Positions 25,769-35,904 of a stretch of 47,023 nt of DNA are shown here, piece after piece (the first letter of the stretch is position 1; every line of letters starts with the position of its first letter). The notes under the pieces are model-generated. The model saw only the letters and a program-made list of their open reading frames with translations. It searched no databases and was not told where the DNA came from. Source of the stretch: an uncultured Piscirickettsiaceae bacterium (lineage in GTDB: Bacteria; Pseudomonadota; Gammaproteobacteria; GCF-002020875); assembly GCA_964416755.1 (NCBI GenBank), contig CAYQFH010000006.1, forward strand, positions 1-47,023, read 5' to 3'. The position numbers were made by a program, and so were the translations under genes.

Positions 25769-26710
25769 ATGTTTAATTCATTGTGGGTGGCAAAGACAGG
25801 AATGGAAGCACAGGATTTTCGTGTGCAGACCATTGCCAACAATATGGCAAATGCTTCCACCAACGGATTTAAAAAAGATTTGGCCCATTTTTCCTCTTTG
25901 GGCTATTCAACTGTCCGGAGTTCTCAAGGGAAGGCGGAGACAGGAGACAATGACTCTAGCGCCCCTTTAATGATAGGGCATGGTGTGCAGGTTGCCGGAA
26001 CATCCAAGGTTTTTACGCAAGGTGAGAAGAAAGAGACAGAAAACTGGACAGATCTGTATATTGGGGGTGAGGGGTATTTTGTCTTGTCTGGGAATGATGA
26101 AGATAGCCCGGGTGAGGGGCCAGTGTTTACCAGAGACGGCCACTTTGAGATGATTGAAACAACCTCAGGTTCTAATATTTTCAGGCTTAGACATGTTTCC
26201 TCGGGAAGGTATCTGATGGGTGAAAATGGACAGAACCCTGCTGGAACGAACATGGCTGTTACCGGGCCTACAGATATATTGGAAATTGATATCAACTTGG
26301 GCACCAGAGTTACTTCTGGAGCGGGTACGGGTACTTTTCCTGACGGTGTAGCCAACACATTGCATGTGGATCAGGATGGAACGGTTTGGGAGGAAGATGG
26401 CGGGGGTAGTAAACATGCGGATTCTGTCAGAGCGATGATCCCCATAGCCCGTTTTGGTTCTCAAGCAGGGTTGATTCCTGAAGATGGAAACGTTTTTCAG
26501 GATAATGAGGGTCGAACGGGTGGTGCGGTTTTCAATGATGCCGATGACAGTGGATTTGGCATTATCCGTTCTCATGGTCTTGAGAACTCAAATGTTACTG
26601 TAATTGATGAAATGGTAAATATGATCGAGGCGCAGCGTGGTTATGAGATGGGCTCCAAGGTGTTGGAGAAGGCGGATGAGATGATGAGCACACTGATTCA
26701 ACGCACTTAA
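25769..26710 (+). CDS. flgG: Flagellar distal rod protein FlgG (divergent, 313 aa, with insertions)
   Basis: SLWVAKTGMEAQDFRVQTIANNMANASTNGFKKD and C-terminal LENSNVTVIDEMVNMIEAQRGYEMGSKVLEKADEMMSTLIQ. Position between flgF and flgH. About 50 aa longer than the ~260-aa enterobacterial protein. Confidence 0.85.
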   Translation: MFNSLWVAKTGMEAQDFRVQTIANNMANASTNGFKKDLAHFSSLGYSTVRSSQGKAETGDNDSSAPLMIGHGVQVAGTSKVFTQGEKKETENWTDLYIGGEGYFVLSGNDEDSPGEGPVFTRDGHFEMIETTSGSNIFRLRHVSSGRYLMGENGQNPAGTNMAVTGPTDILEIDINLGTRVTSGAGTGTFPDGVANTLHVDQDGTVWEEDGGGSKHADSVRAMIPIARFGSQAGLIPEDGNVFQDNEGRTGGAVFNDADDSGFGIIRSHGLENSNVTVIDEMVNMIEAQRGYEMGSKVLEKADEMMSTLIQRT

Positions 26711-26724
26711 CCGAGTAGATTAAG

Positions 26725-27453
26725 ATGAAAGTAGTTACAAAAGTTTCAATTGTATTGATGACAGGGACATTACTGAGTGGGTGCGTTTCCAACCCTGAAC
26801 GCCACCGTGCAACCTGGGAGCCTGTTGCACCACCAACACAGCCAAAGAAGGTCGTGACCAATGGTTCAATCTATCAGGCCAGTGAGAATGAATCCCTTCT
26901 GTCGGATAAGCGTAACTGGGCTGTGGGTGATCTGATCACCATTGTCCTTGATGATGATGACATGAATGCCACCAAGAATGCGAGTAGCTCGGTAACCAAG
27001 CAGGATAATAGCCCGCAGGCCCTTTTTGATTATGCGGTTGGATCAACGGGCCTGCCATCCAAGGTGCTGCCGGCAAGTGCTACGGGCGCTACTGCCAGTA
27101 GAAACTTTGAGGGGAGTGGAGCGCTCTCCAAGGATAATACATTGGAAGGAACAGTCACTGTTACTGTGGTTGAGGTCTTTGCCAATGGCAACCTGCGTGT
27201 AAGGGGTGAGAAGCGGGTGACCATCAACGATGGAGACGAAGTGATCCGAATTTCGGGTATTGTCCGCTCACAGGATATCGGTGACCATACCGCTACCACC
27301 GAGGCGATCTGTCAATGGTCCAACAACTGCGTCTCCTCGATGAATGTGGCAGATGCCCAGATTGTCTATGTTGGTGAGAGTGGTATGTTGGCCAGTGCCT
27401 CCAGTCAGGGCCTCCTGGGGCGCTTCTTTATGAGCGCACTCTGGCCTTTCTAA
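26725..27453 (+). CDS. flgH: Flagellar L-ring lipoprotein FlgH
   Basis: Lipobox LLSGC. GSIYQASENESLLSDKRNWAVGDLITIVL and NGNLRVRGEKRVTINDGDEVIRISGIVRSQDI. Confidence 0.92.
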   Translation: MKVVTKVSIVLMTGTLLSGCVSNPERHRATWEPVAPPTQPKKVVTNGSIYQASENESLLSDKRNWAVGDLITIVLDDDDMNATKNASSSVTKQDNSPQALFDYAVGSTGLPSKVLPASATGATASRNFEGSGALSKDNTLEGTVTVTVVEVFANGNLRVRGEKRVTINDGDEVIRISGIVRSQDIGDHTATTEAICQWSNNCVSSMNVADAQIVYVGESGMLASASSQGLLGRFFMSALWPF

Positions 27454-27460
27454 GCTCAAT

Positions 27461-28651
27461 ATGAATGAGGAAAAGCAGATGGATACTTCTATGGATCAAG
27501 AGCTGGAACAGTTGAGAGTGCGCAAGCAGAAGCGTCCCATTGGTATTGTGTTGTTTATTGCGATCATTACGTTGGCTTCTCTCTGGGTCTTCTCATCCCA
27601 GGCAAAGGCGGAGCGTATCAAGGATATCTCCTCAGTCTCCGGTGTGCGGGATAACCCATTGACCGGGTATGGTGTAGTAGTTGGCCTGAAAGGGGGCACA
27701 GGGGATAGTTCCAATGTCACCAAACAGAGTCTCCAGGGATTGTTGAAACGGTTTGGTATCCAGATTCCAGCAGGAAGCGAGTTTGATCTTGGTGATGGAC
27801 AAGCCGCAGCAGTGATGGTGACTGCGCAATTGCCTCCGTTTTCCAAGCAGGGCCAGACGCTGGATGTGACGGTTTCTACCTTGGGAAGTGCCAGTGATTT
27901 GACCGGTGGCACCCTGTTGATGACTCCTCTGAGAGGTGCCGATAATCAGGTCTATGCGGTGGCTCAGGGCAGTCTGGTTGTGAGTGGTTTTGGTGTAAGT
28001 GGGCAGGATGGTTCCAAGGTGACGGTCAATACCACCACGGTGGGCAGAGTACCGGAAGGGGCGATTGTTGAGCGTGAGGTACCCACCCGTTTTGTACGCA
28101 AGGGCCGTATGACCTTCAACTTGCATCAGAGCGACTTCACGACTGTAAAACGTGTAGTGGATGCAATTGATGAACTTTATGGTAAAGGGACTGCCGAGGC
28201 GGTTGATTCAGTCTCCATTGAAGTGATGGCACCAAAGAATCCACGTCACCATGTTGAATTTCTCTCCATGCTGGAGAATCTGGAAGTTGCTCCGGCAGCA
28301 GCGCCAGCCAAGGTAATCATCAATTCAAGAACTGGAACTGTGGTGATTAATAATAGTGTCAAAGTGAGTCCTGCTGCAGTAACGCATGGTTCGTTGGTGG
28401 TTACGATTAAGGAAGGTAAAGAGGTAACGCAACCCAATATGTTGGCTGGTGGTGAGACAGTAGTACAGAATGACTCTGAAATTGCGGTTGCTGAAGAGAA
28501 AAATCCAATGTTTATGTTTGATGGTGGTGTCTCACTTGACCAGTTGGTGGATGCAGTCAACGCCGTTGGGGCAGCTCCAGGAGATCTGGTTGCCATTCTG
28601 GAGGCATTGAAGCGGGCTGGTGCATTGAAGGCACAACTGGTGGTGCTGTAG
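27461..28651 (+). CDS. flgI: Flagellar P-ring protein FlgI
   Basis: Signal peptide ending SSQAKA then ERIKDISSVSGVRDNPLTGYGVVVGLKGGTGD. C-terminal GAAPGDLVAILEALKRAGALKAQLVVL. The true start may be downstream of the listed ATG, because the N-terminal extension precedes the signal peptide. Confidence 0.93.
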   Translation: MNEEKQMDTSMDQELEQLRVRKQKRPIGIVLFIAIITLASLWVFSSQAKAERIKDISSVSGVRDNPLTGYGVVVGLKGGTGDSSNVTKQSLQGLLKRFGIQIPAGSEFDLGDGQAAAVMVTAQLPPFSKQGQTLDVTVSTLGSASDLTGGTLLMTPLRGADNQVYAVAQGSLVVSGFGVSGQDGSKVTVNTTTVGRVPEGAIVEREVPTRFVRKGRMTFNLHQSDFTTVKRVVDAIDELYGKGTAEAVDSVSIEVMAPKNPRHHVEFLSMLENLEVAPAAAPAKVIINSRTGTVVINNSVKVSPAAVTHGSLVVTIKEGKEVTQPNMLAGGETVVQNDSEIAVAEEKNPMFMFDGGVSLDQLVDAVNAVGAAPGDLVAILEALKRAGALKAQLVVL

Positions 28652-28686
28652 TAGCAATTTGGAATGGCTTTTGCTTTAGAGAGACT

Positions 28687-29085
28687 ATGATGGATACCAG
28701 TATACATGCAGCAACAGCTTCGATGACGCAAGGTGTTTCTTCGACAGAGAATCTGCGGGGTCTTGCCAATACCGATCAACGGGCAGCATTGAGAGAGGCA
28801 ACTCAGCAATTTGAGGGGCTGTTTATTCAGATGATGCTGAAGAGCATGCGTTCAACTGCAGGCGGTGGAATGTTTTCCAGTTCTGCAACCAGAACTTTCC
28901 AGGAGATGCAGGATACCGAAATGGCCAAGCGGATTGCTGCGAATGGAGGTCTTGGGTTGACTGAACAGATTATTGATTCTGTGATGCAACAAGCGGGTAT
29001 AAAATCAGGGGCTGTAACTGCACCTGTCGATACAGCACCACAGAATACACGCACATTTCTACAGAGTCGAGGCGTGGCTGAGTAG
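28687..29085 (+). CDS. flgJ: FlgJ N-terminal rod-binding domain only (no muramidase domain)
   Basis: ALREATQQFEGLFIQMMLKSMRS...FQEMQDTEMAKRIAANGGLGLTEQI is the Rod-binding family pattern. The protein stops at 132 aa with no glucosaminidase domain. Confidence 0.75.
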   Translation: MMDTSIHAATASMTQGVSSTENLRGLANTDQRAALREATQQFEGLFIQMMLKSMRSTAGGGMFSSSATRTFQEMQDTEMAKRIAANGGLGLTEQIIDSVMQQAGIKSGAVTAPVDTAPQNTRTFLQSRGVAE

Positions 29086-29086
29086 C

Positions 29087-30091
29087 ATGAGGGCGTTGTT
29101 TGGTTTTGTAGTATTGCTCTGCTCTGGCTCTGCTCTGGCCGGATTGGCTGATCCGAGTGCAGGGAAGATGGTGGTTTGGCCCAATATCCCGTTTATTTAC
29201 GCTTCGGATATTGAAGAGTACAAAATGGATCGAGACCTTTTCAAAGGGCTGCATACCGGGGACAAGGATCCTGCAGTATTGAAAGCTGCCCTGAAACAGG
29301 TGGATAAGCTCTATCAGCACCACAAGGATCGTGCTACTGACCGATTGGGGCGTAGCTACAATACCGAATTGATCGGGCACTACGATCGTCTGATCAAAGA
29401 GCAGCAAATCAAGGAGGAGCGACTTGGTTTCTCTTTCAAGGAGATCACCCCGGCCAACCTCTCGGAGGAGCTTGATCTGAAGGCCGAGCCGCTGGAACAG
29501 TTGAAGGGCCGGGAGGATGTGGTGGGCGTGGTTGCCTATGTCACTACAACGAAAATGAGCCAGAATCAGCTCCGAGCCACCCTGACGCTGATTCAGGTAG
29601 TTGATGGCGTCTCCAGAAGTTTTACCGTGACAGATCAAGCACACAGAATTGCCAAACGTCATGCACGGCAGCTATTCGACTATCTCTACGGCCCGGCGTT
29701 TCCGGATTACAGAAACCCGTTGAAAAGTATGGTCTGGCTGCTGCCGGCACCTACGGATCAGGGGCGGCTGGTTTCCCGGATGCAGGCAGAGATTGCCTGC
29801 AGATCCCAGGAGGGTTTTTTGCCTTCGGTGGAGCAGTTGATACTGGGAGAGCAGGCAGGCCCCTACCATGACGGTATTATCTTGAAACCGGGGCAGTTTT
29901 ACCATGCAGCCCAGGACAAGCGTTATTTGGCGGGGGAGACCACAGACCCAAGAGGAAAAGTACGGCTCTTGCGTTCAGACCGGCAGACCGCACGTTACTA
30001 CTGCATTCAGCAGAAAATGGAGCCTGCACCTGCTGCAACAACAGCCCAGATTGCCAACCCGCAACCGGAGCCAGCTGTTCCAGCCCAGTAA
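29087..30091 (+). CDS. Secreted protein of unknown function between flgJ and flgK
   Basis: Signal peptide (MRALFGFVVLLCSGSALAG). Starts 1 nt after the flgJ stop. C-terminal ~110 aa (WLLPAP...AEIACRSQEGFLPSVEQL...ARYYCIQ) loosely resembles C-type-lectin-like/DUF1566-type folds. No glycosidase or transglycosylase motif recognised. Pro/Ala-rich tail. Confidence 0.5.
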   Translation: MRALFGFVVLLCSGSALAGLADPSAGKMVVWPNIPFIYASDIEEYKMDRDLFKGLHTGDKDPAVLKAALKQVDKLYQHHKDRATDRLGRSYNTELIGHYDRLIKEQQIKEERLGFSFKEITPANLSEELDLKAEPLEQLKGREDVVGVVAYVTTTKMSQNQLRATLTLIQVVDGVSRSFTVTDQAHRIAKRHARQLFDYLYGPAFPDYRNPLKSMVWLLPAPTDQGRLVSRMQAEIACRSQEGFLPSVEQLILGEQAGPYHDGIILKPGQFYHAAQDKRYLAGETTDPRGKVRLLRSDRQTARYYCIQQKMEPAPAATTAQIANPQPEPAVPAQ

Positions 30092-30198
30092 AACCACGCT
30101 CGGCAAATCTTGCCAGAGTGGTAGTTGATTTCTCTATTTTTCACCTTAATCGATCTATATTCGTGCAAAAACAGTTAAATAGATCAAAGTTCTGAATC

Positions 30199-30214
30199 TG
30201 GCACGTTTCGTGCT
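30199..30214 (+). promoter_or_regulatory. Sigma-54 promoter upstream of flgK
   Basis: TGGCAC-GTTTC-GTGCT with canonical spacing, 40 nt upstream of the flgK ATG. Confidence 0.6.
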
Positions 30215-30253
30215 TTTCTTGTTGTAGCAAAAAGAATTGATGACAACAAGATT

Positions 30254-32287
30254 ATGACAACATCACCTTCACTTCTAGGATTAGGCACCTCAGCATTGAG
30301 CGCATATCGCTCAGCGCTCTCTGTGACCAGTAATAATATCTCCAACGTTGGGGTGGAGGGGTACTCTCGCCAGCGAGCTGATCTTGATGTGGCGGATTCA
30401 TTGAGATCCAACATCGGTTACATGGGGAATGGTGTTGAGACTGTGGATGTCTCCCGAACCTATGATCAGTTTTTGACGCGCAACCTCAATACCGCAATCT
30501 CCAGTGGTAGTCATTACGACACCTATCATAAATATGCCTCAACAATTGATGAGATGGTGGCAGATCCTGAAACAGGAATGACACCTGCACTGACCTCATT
30601 CTTCAACTCCATGCATGATCTCTCCAATAATCCCTCCTCCATTCCAGCCCGACAGGTGATGTATGGTGAAGCGGAAGCACTGGTGACCCGGTTCAACTCC
30701 ATTCATCGGGAGATGGAGACGGTGCGTGATCAGACAAGACAGGAGATGGCATCCATTGTTGAGACCATCAACGGAATCTCTCGCTCCATTGCAGAGTTGA
30801 ACGGACGGATTGCGGAGTCTGCAGCGAGCAACACAGGTCAGCCCAATGAGCTGCTGGATCGTCGAGATATATTGACCAAGGAGTTGTCTGAGTATATCGG
30901 TGTTACCACGATGGAGCAGGACGGTATGGTCAGCGTCTATATTGGAAAAGGGCAGGCGTTGATTACTGACAGCAACCATAAGGAGTTGACGCTTGGGGAT
31001 AGTCAATACTCTGGCAGTGGCGACCTCTCGCTCTATGCGGTGAATGGTAATAACAAAATTGATATCACCTCTGCGCTCAAGGGTGGACAGATGGGAGGGA
31101 TTCTTGAGTTTACCGATGAGGTACTGAATCCTGCAGAGTCATCACTGGGTCGGATCGCTCTCTCATTGGCATCAACGCTGAATGCACATCATCGAGATGG
31201 TTTTGGCATGGGCGGAGATTCTGATACCGGACTCGACTTTTTTGATTTGGGTGTGATGAATACGGATTCCAATGGTTTCGATATCATGGAGTTGAAAGAG
31301 GCCGTGGTGTTCAATAACTCCAAGGCAGAATTGACCGTCTCAATCCCCATGAGTAACAGCAAGATTGAGGTGGGGCCAGTCACTACGGATGCAGTTTCAG
31401 GTCTGACTATCAATGGGGTTGCGATCTCGGATGTGGCTGCGGGTGCCTCAAAAGCAGAGAGTGCTGCAGCCATGGTCGCTGCAATCAATAGTCAGTCAGA
31501 CAATACCAAGGTAACAGCCGAATTGGGTGCCGATAACAAGATCAAACTGCTCTCTGACAAGGATATTAAAGTTGGTGTGAACAGTGGCGGTGATATCTCT
31601 GCGACCGGGCTTAAAGAGGGTAACTACAGGATGCTGAGAGATTCTCTGAAAGAGCTGACTGCAGATGATTATGCTGTTTCGTATGAGGATTCAGGTTATG
31701 TGATTACCAATCTCAAAACGCAGGCACGACGCGAACTGACTAATGATGAAGAGCAGCAGTTGATTGATATGGGACCCAATGGAGTTGGAATTGTCCACGA
31801 CGGTCTGACCTTCAGGTTGAATAATTACAAGGGGGCGATGGAAAGAGGAGAGCGTATTGAGATCCAGGCAACGCGCAATGTTGCACAGAATCTCGGGCTC
31901 TCTCTCACCTCCTCGCAACTCTCATCCATTGCGGCTTCAGATACAGTGGATCAGTCTGGAAACAATAACAATATACTGAAAATGATTGCGTTGCAGACAG
32001 ATAAATTGATGTCTGCCAATGCAAAGGGTGATGCAACAACCGGCCTGCAGGATGGTTATGGACAGATGGTCTCTGATATCGGTATCCAGACTCATTATGC
32101 AGATGTGAATAGGATTGCGCAGGAATCTGTACGCAACCATGCACAGAATGCGAGAGACAATAATGCTGCAGTGAATCTGGATGAAGAGGCAGCCAATCTG
32201 ATGAAGTTTCAGCAGATGTATCAGGCATCCACAAAAGTGATTTCAATGGCGGATAAGCTGTTTCAGTCCGTATTGAATGCCGTGTAA
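30254..32287 (+). CDS. flgK: Hook-filament junction protein FlgK (HAP1)
   Basis: LGLGTSALSAYRSALSVTSNNISNVGVEGYSRQ and C-terminal VNLDEEAANLMKFQQMYQASTKVISMADKLFQSVLNAV. Confidence 0.9.
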   Translation: MTTSPSLLGLGTSALSAYRSALSVTSNNISNVGVEGYSRQRADLDVADSLRSNIGYMGNGVETVDVSRTYDQFLTRNLNTAISSGSHYDTYHKYASTIDEMVADPETGMTPALTSFFNSMHDLSNNPSSIPARQVMYGEAEALVTRFNSIHREMETVRDQTRQEMASIVETINGISRSIAELNGRIAESAASNTGQPNELLDRRDILTKELSEYIGVTTMEQDGMVSVYIGKGQALITDSNHKELTLGDSQYSGSGDLSLYAVNGNNKIDITSALKGGQMGGILEFTDEVLNPAESSLGRIALSLASTLNAHHRDGFGMGGDSDTGLDFFDLGVMNTDSNGFDIMELKEAVVFNNSKAELTVSIPMSNSKIEVGPVTTDAVSGLTINGVAISDVAAGASKAESAAAMVAAINSQSDNTKVTAELGADNKIKLLSDKDIKVGVNSGGDISATGLKEGNYRMLRDSLKELTADDYAVSYEDSGYVITNLKTQARRELTNDEEQQLIDMGPNGVGIVHDGLTFRLNNYKGAMERGERIEIQATRNVAQNLGLSLTSSQLSSIAASDTVDQSGNNNNILKMIALQTDKLMSANAKGDATTGLQDGYGQMVSDIGIQTHYADVNRIAQESVRNHAQNARDNNAAVNLDEEAANLMKFQQMYQASTKVISMADKLFQSVLNAV

Positions 32288-32315
32288 TCGGCTATAGAGG
32301 AACAGGAGAGAGAAG

Positions 32316-33245
32316 ATGCGTATTTCAACCATGACCATGCAGAACCAGGGTGTAAACGCAATGCTGGACAAGCAGGCAGACCTCAGCAAGACAGAATTGC
32401 AGCTTGCGACGGGCCGAAAAATTTTGCGTCCATCGGAAGATCCGGTCAACTCATCCATGGTGCTCAATCTCAAGGAGTCGATTGCAATCTCTGAGCAATT
32501 CATGCGTAATGCTGATATGGCAACAACATCGCTCTCTTATCAGGAGTCCACGCTGGAGGGCGTGACTGAGAATATTCAACGTGCGCGTGAACTGGCACTG
32601 CAGGGGATGAGTGATACCAACTCAACCTCAAGTCGTAAAGCGATTGCGATGGAGCTGGAGCAGATTCGTGAGGCGATCTTCAATCTGGCCAATACCCGCA
32701 ATGAGCAGGGTGAGTATATTTTTGCCGGTGCGGTGACGCCCACTGCTCCGGGTCCATTCAAGAGTATGGAGCCTGGCACGGGTGAGGTGACGTTTGATGG
32801 CAGCGACTCCAATCGCCAGATCCAGATTGGTATTGGTCAAAAGGTGATCTCCAGAGATAGTGGGGTTGACATTTTTGGTGATCTCAATAGTGCGGACAAG
32901 GATGATCTCTTTTCCACTCTGGGTAATCTGATTGAATGGTTGAACCCTGCGGATCCGGCTAATCCTAAAGTAACCTCCTCTGATGGAATTCTGGGGAATC
33001 TGGACAAGGGGTTGGATCGCATTTTGGCCGTTGAGGCAAGAATTGGTGCACGTATGAACATGATTGAGCGTCATACCAATGTAGAGAGAAGCTTTGTTGA
33101 CAAGATGAAAGAGAATCTTTCCGGTATCAATGACGTTGATTATGCTGAAGCAATCTCTCAATTCAATATTGACCAGGTTGGGCTGCAGGCCGCTCAGCAG
33201 GCCTATACCAAGATCCAGGGCCTCTCTCTGTTTCAATACATCTAA
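32316..33245 (+). CDS. flgL: Hook-filament junction protein FlgL (HAP3)
   Basis: MRISTMTMQNQGVNAMLDKQADLSKTELQLATGRKILRPSEDPV and C-terminal flagellin-like DYAEAISQFNIDQVGLQAAQQAYTKIQGLSLFQYI. Confidence 0.87.
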   Translation: MRISTMTMQNQGVNAMLDKQADLSKTELQLATGRKILRPSEDPVNSSMVLNLKESIAISEQFMRNADMATTSLSYQESTLEGVTENIQRARELALQGMSDTNSTSSRKAIAMELEQIREAIFNLANTRNEQGEYIFAGAVTPTAPGPFKSMEPGTGEVTFDGSDSNRQIQIGIGQKVISRDSGVDIFGDLNSADKDDLFSTLGNLIEWLNPADPANPKVTSSDGILGNLDKGLDRILAVEARIGARMNMIERHTNVERSFVDKMKENLSGINDVDYAEAISQFNIDQVGLQAAQQAYTKIQGLSLFQYI

Positions 33246-33271
33246 AATAAAATCCTGTATCCTTGCGCGCC

Positions 33272-34297
33272 ATGCGCAAGAGTGACTTCAACTTTGACCT
33301 GCCGACAGAGCTGATTGCACAGGCTCCCCCGGAAAACAGAGGGGAGAGTCGTCTGTTGGATCTGACCACTGGTGATGTCTCCACCGATCGCAATTTCAAT
33401 GAAATTACCCAACTGATTTATCCTGAAGATCTGTTGGTCTTTAACGATACCCAGGTGATTCCTGCTCGTCTGTTTGGTCGCAAGGAGAGCGGAGGCAAGG
33501 TTGAGCTGCTGGTGGAGCGTGTTACCAGTCCTGATCAGGCGCTGGCCCATATCCGTGCCAGTAAAGCGCCGAAACCGGGAACCTCTCTACTGCTGGAAGA
33601 GCAGGTCAGTGTTGAGGTGATCGGGCGTGAAGGGGCACTCTTCCAGGTGCGGTTTGACTCAGGTAAAACAGTGATCGAATGGTTGGATGAGTATGGGCGT
33701 ATGCCGCTGCCCCCCTATATTGAGCGTGAGGCCAATGTGGAAGATAGTGATCGCTATCAAACGGTCTATGCGCGTCACAAGGGGGCGGTTGCTGCACCGA
33801 CGGCAGGGCTGCACTTTACTGAATCTCTGCTGCAAGATCTCCTGCAACAGGGGGTAGAGCAGGGATTTGTGACGCTTCATGTGGGAGCGGGCACTTTTCA
33901 GCCAATGCGTACGGAACGGATTGAAGATCATGTGATGCACAGTGAATGGTGCCAAGTTAGTGAGACGTTGTGTGAACAGATTCAAGCAGCCAGAGAGAGG
34001 AAGGGGCGAATCATTGCAGTAGGCACTACGGCTGTACGTAGTCTGGAATCTGCGTCGAAAAGCGGTGAAGTTGAACCGTTTTGTGGAGAAACCGATATTT
34101 TTATTACACCGGGCTATGAATTTAAAACGGTCGACGCGCTACTCACCAACTTCCATCTGCCAGAGTCGACTTTGATGATGCTGGTGACCGCCTTTGCTGG
34201 ATATGAACGGGTGATGGCAGCTTACCAACATGCTATTGAGCAGCAGTATCGATTCTTCAGTTATGGTGATGCGATGTTTCTCAACAGGAAGAGGTAG
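33272..34297 (+). CDS. queA: S-adenosylmethionine:tRNA ribosyltransferase-isomerase QueA
   Basis: MRKSDFNFDLPTELIAQAPPENRGESRLL, PLPPYI, YQTVYA..GAVAAPTAGLHFT, and GTTAVRSLES. ATG at 33272 is preferred to the TTG at 33263. Confidence 0.95.
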   Translation: MRKSDFNFDLPTELIAQAPPENRGESRLLDLTTGDVSTDRNFNEITQLIYPEDLLVFNDTQVIPARLFGRKESGGKVELLVERVTSPDQALAHIRASKAPKPGTSLLLEEQVSVEVIGREGALFQVRFDSGKTVIEWLDEYGRMPLPPYIEREANVEDSDRYQTVYARHKGAVAAPTAGLHFTESLLQDLLQQGVEQGFVTLHVGAGTFQPMRTERIEDHVMHSEWCQVSETLCEQIQAARERKGRIIAVGTTAVRSLESASKSGEVEPFCGETDIFITPGYEFKTVDALLTNFHLPESTLMMLVTAFAGYERVMAAYQHAIEQQYRFFSYGDAMFLNRKR

Positions 34298-35410
<1,113 letters not shown>

Positions 35411-35447
35411 GTTAAAATTCCGCGCAGTTTTCTGTTTCTCACCATTT

Positions 35448-35507
35448 AGAGGACACAGCGTTCATGGAGGATTGTTTTTAACCTCTGTGCGCTCTGTGTC
35501 CTCTGTG
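35448..35507. repeat. Structured intergenic element: 11-bp inverted repeat plus three 9-bp-spaced CTCTGTG direct repeats
   Basis: agaggacacag (35448-35458) pairs with ctgtgtcctct (35494-35504). CTCTGTG occurs at 35483, 35492 and 35501. Lies between tgt and yajC. Confidence 0.5.
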
Positions 35508-35541
35508 GTTACAACGCTTTTATTTTTTGGAGAGTTAAGTG

Positions 35542-35877
35542 ATGAGTTTCTTTATTAGTGACGCAATGGCTAACGCAGCACCTGCAGCTGAACAGGCACC
35601 CGCATGGGCCGGCTTGCTGCCAATGGTAATCCTCTTTGTGGTCTTCTACTTTCTGCTGATTCGTCCCCAGCAGAAGAAGGCGAAGGAGCACACCAATATG
35701 GTGAATGAGCTCTCCAAAGGGGATGAGGTAGTGACTGCCGGGGGCATCCTTGGAAAAATTCGCAAGGTGGGTGAAAACTTTGTCGATCTTGAGGTGGCCG
35801 ACAATATCACACTGACTGTGCAGAAGCAGCAGGTTGCGCAGCTGATGCCTAAGGGCACCCTGAAGTCCAACAACTAA
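35542..35877 (+). CDS. yajC: Preprotein translocase subunit YajC
   Basis: LLPMVILFVVFYFLLIRPQQKKAKEH..MVNELSKGDEVVTAGGILGKI is the YajC signature. ATG at 35542 lies 8 nt after ggagag. Confidence 0.92.
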   Translation: MSFFISDAMANAAPAAEQAPAWAGLLPMVILFVVFYFLLIRPQQKKAKEHTNMVNELSKGDEVVTAGGILGKIRKVGENFVDLEVADNITLTVQKQQVAQLMPKGTLKSNN

Positions 35878-35904
35878 AAACTACCCACGACTTATTAACA
35901 AACC

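Noticed and set aside
33262-33280. A hairpin (cttgcgc-gccat-gcgcaag) spanning the queA start codon, considered as a flgL terminator or translational control element.
   Set aside because: It has only a 7-bp stem and no T-tract. It could be coincidental.
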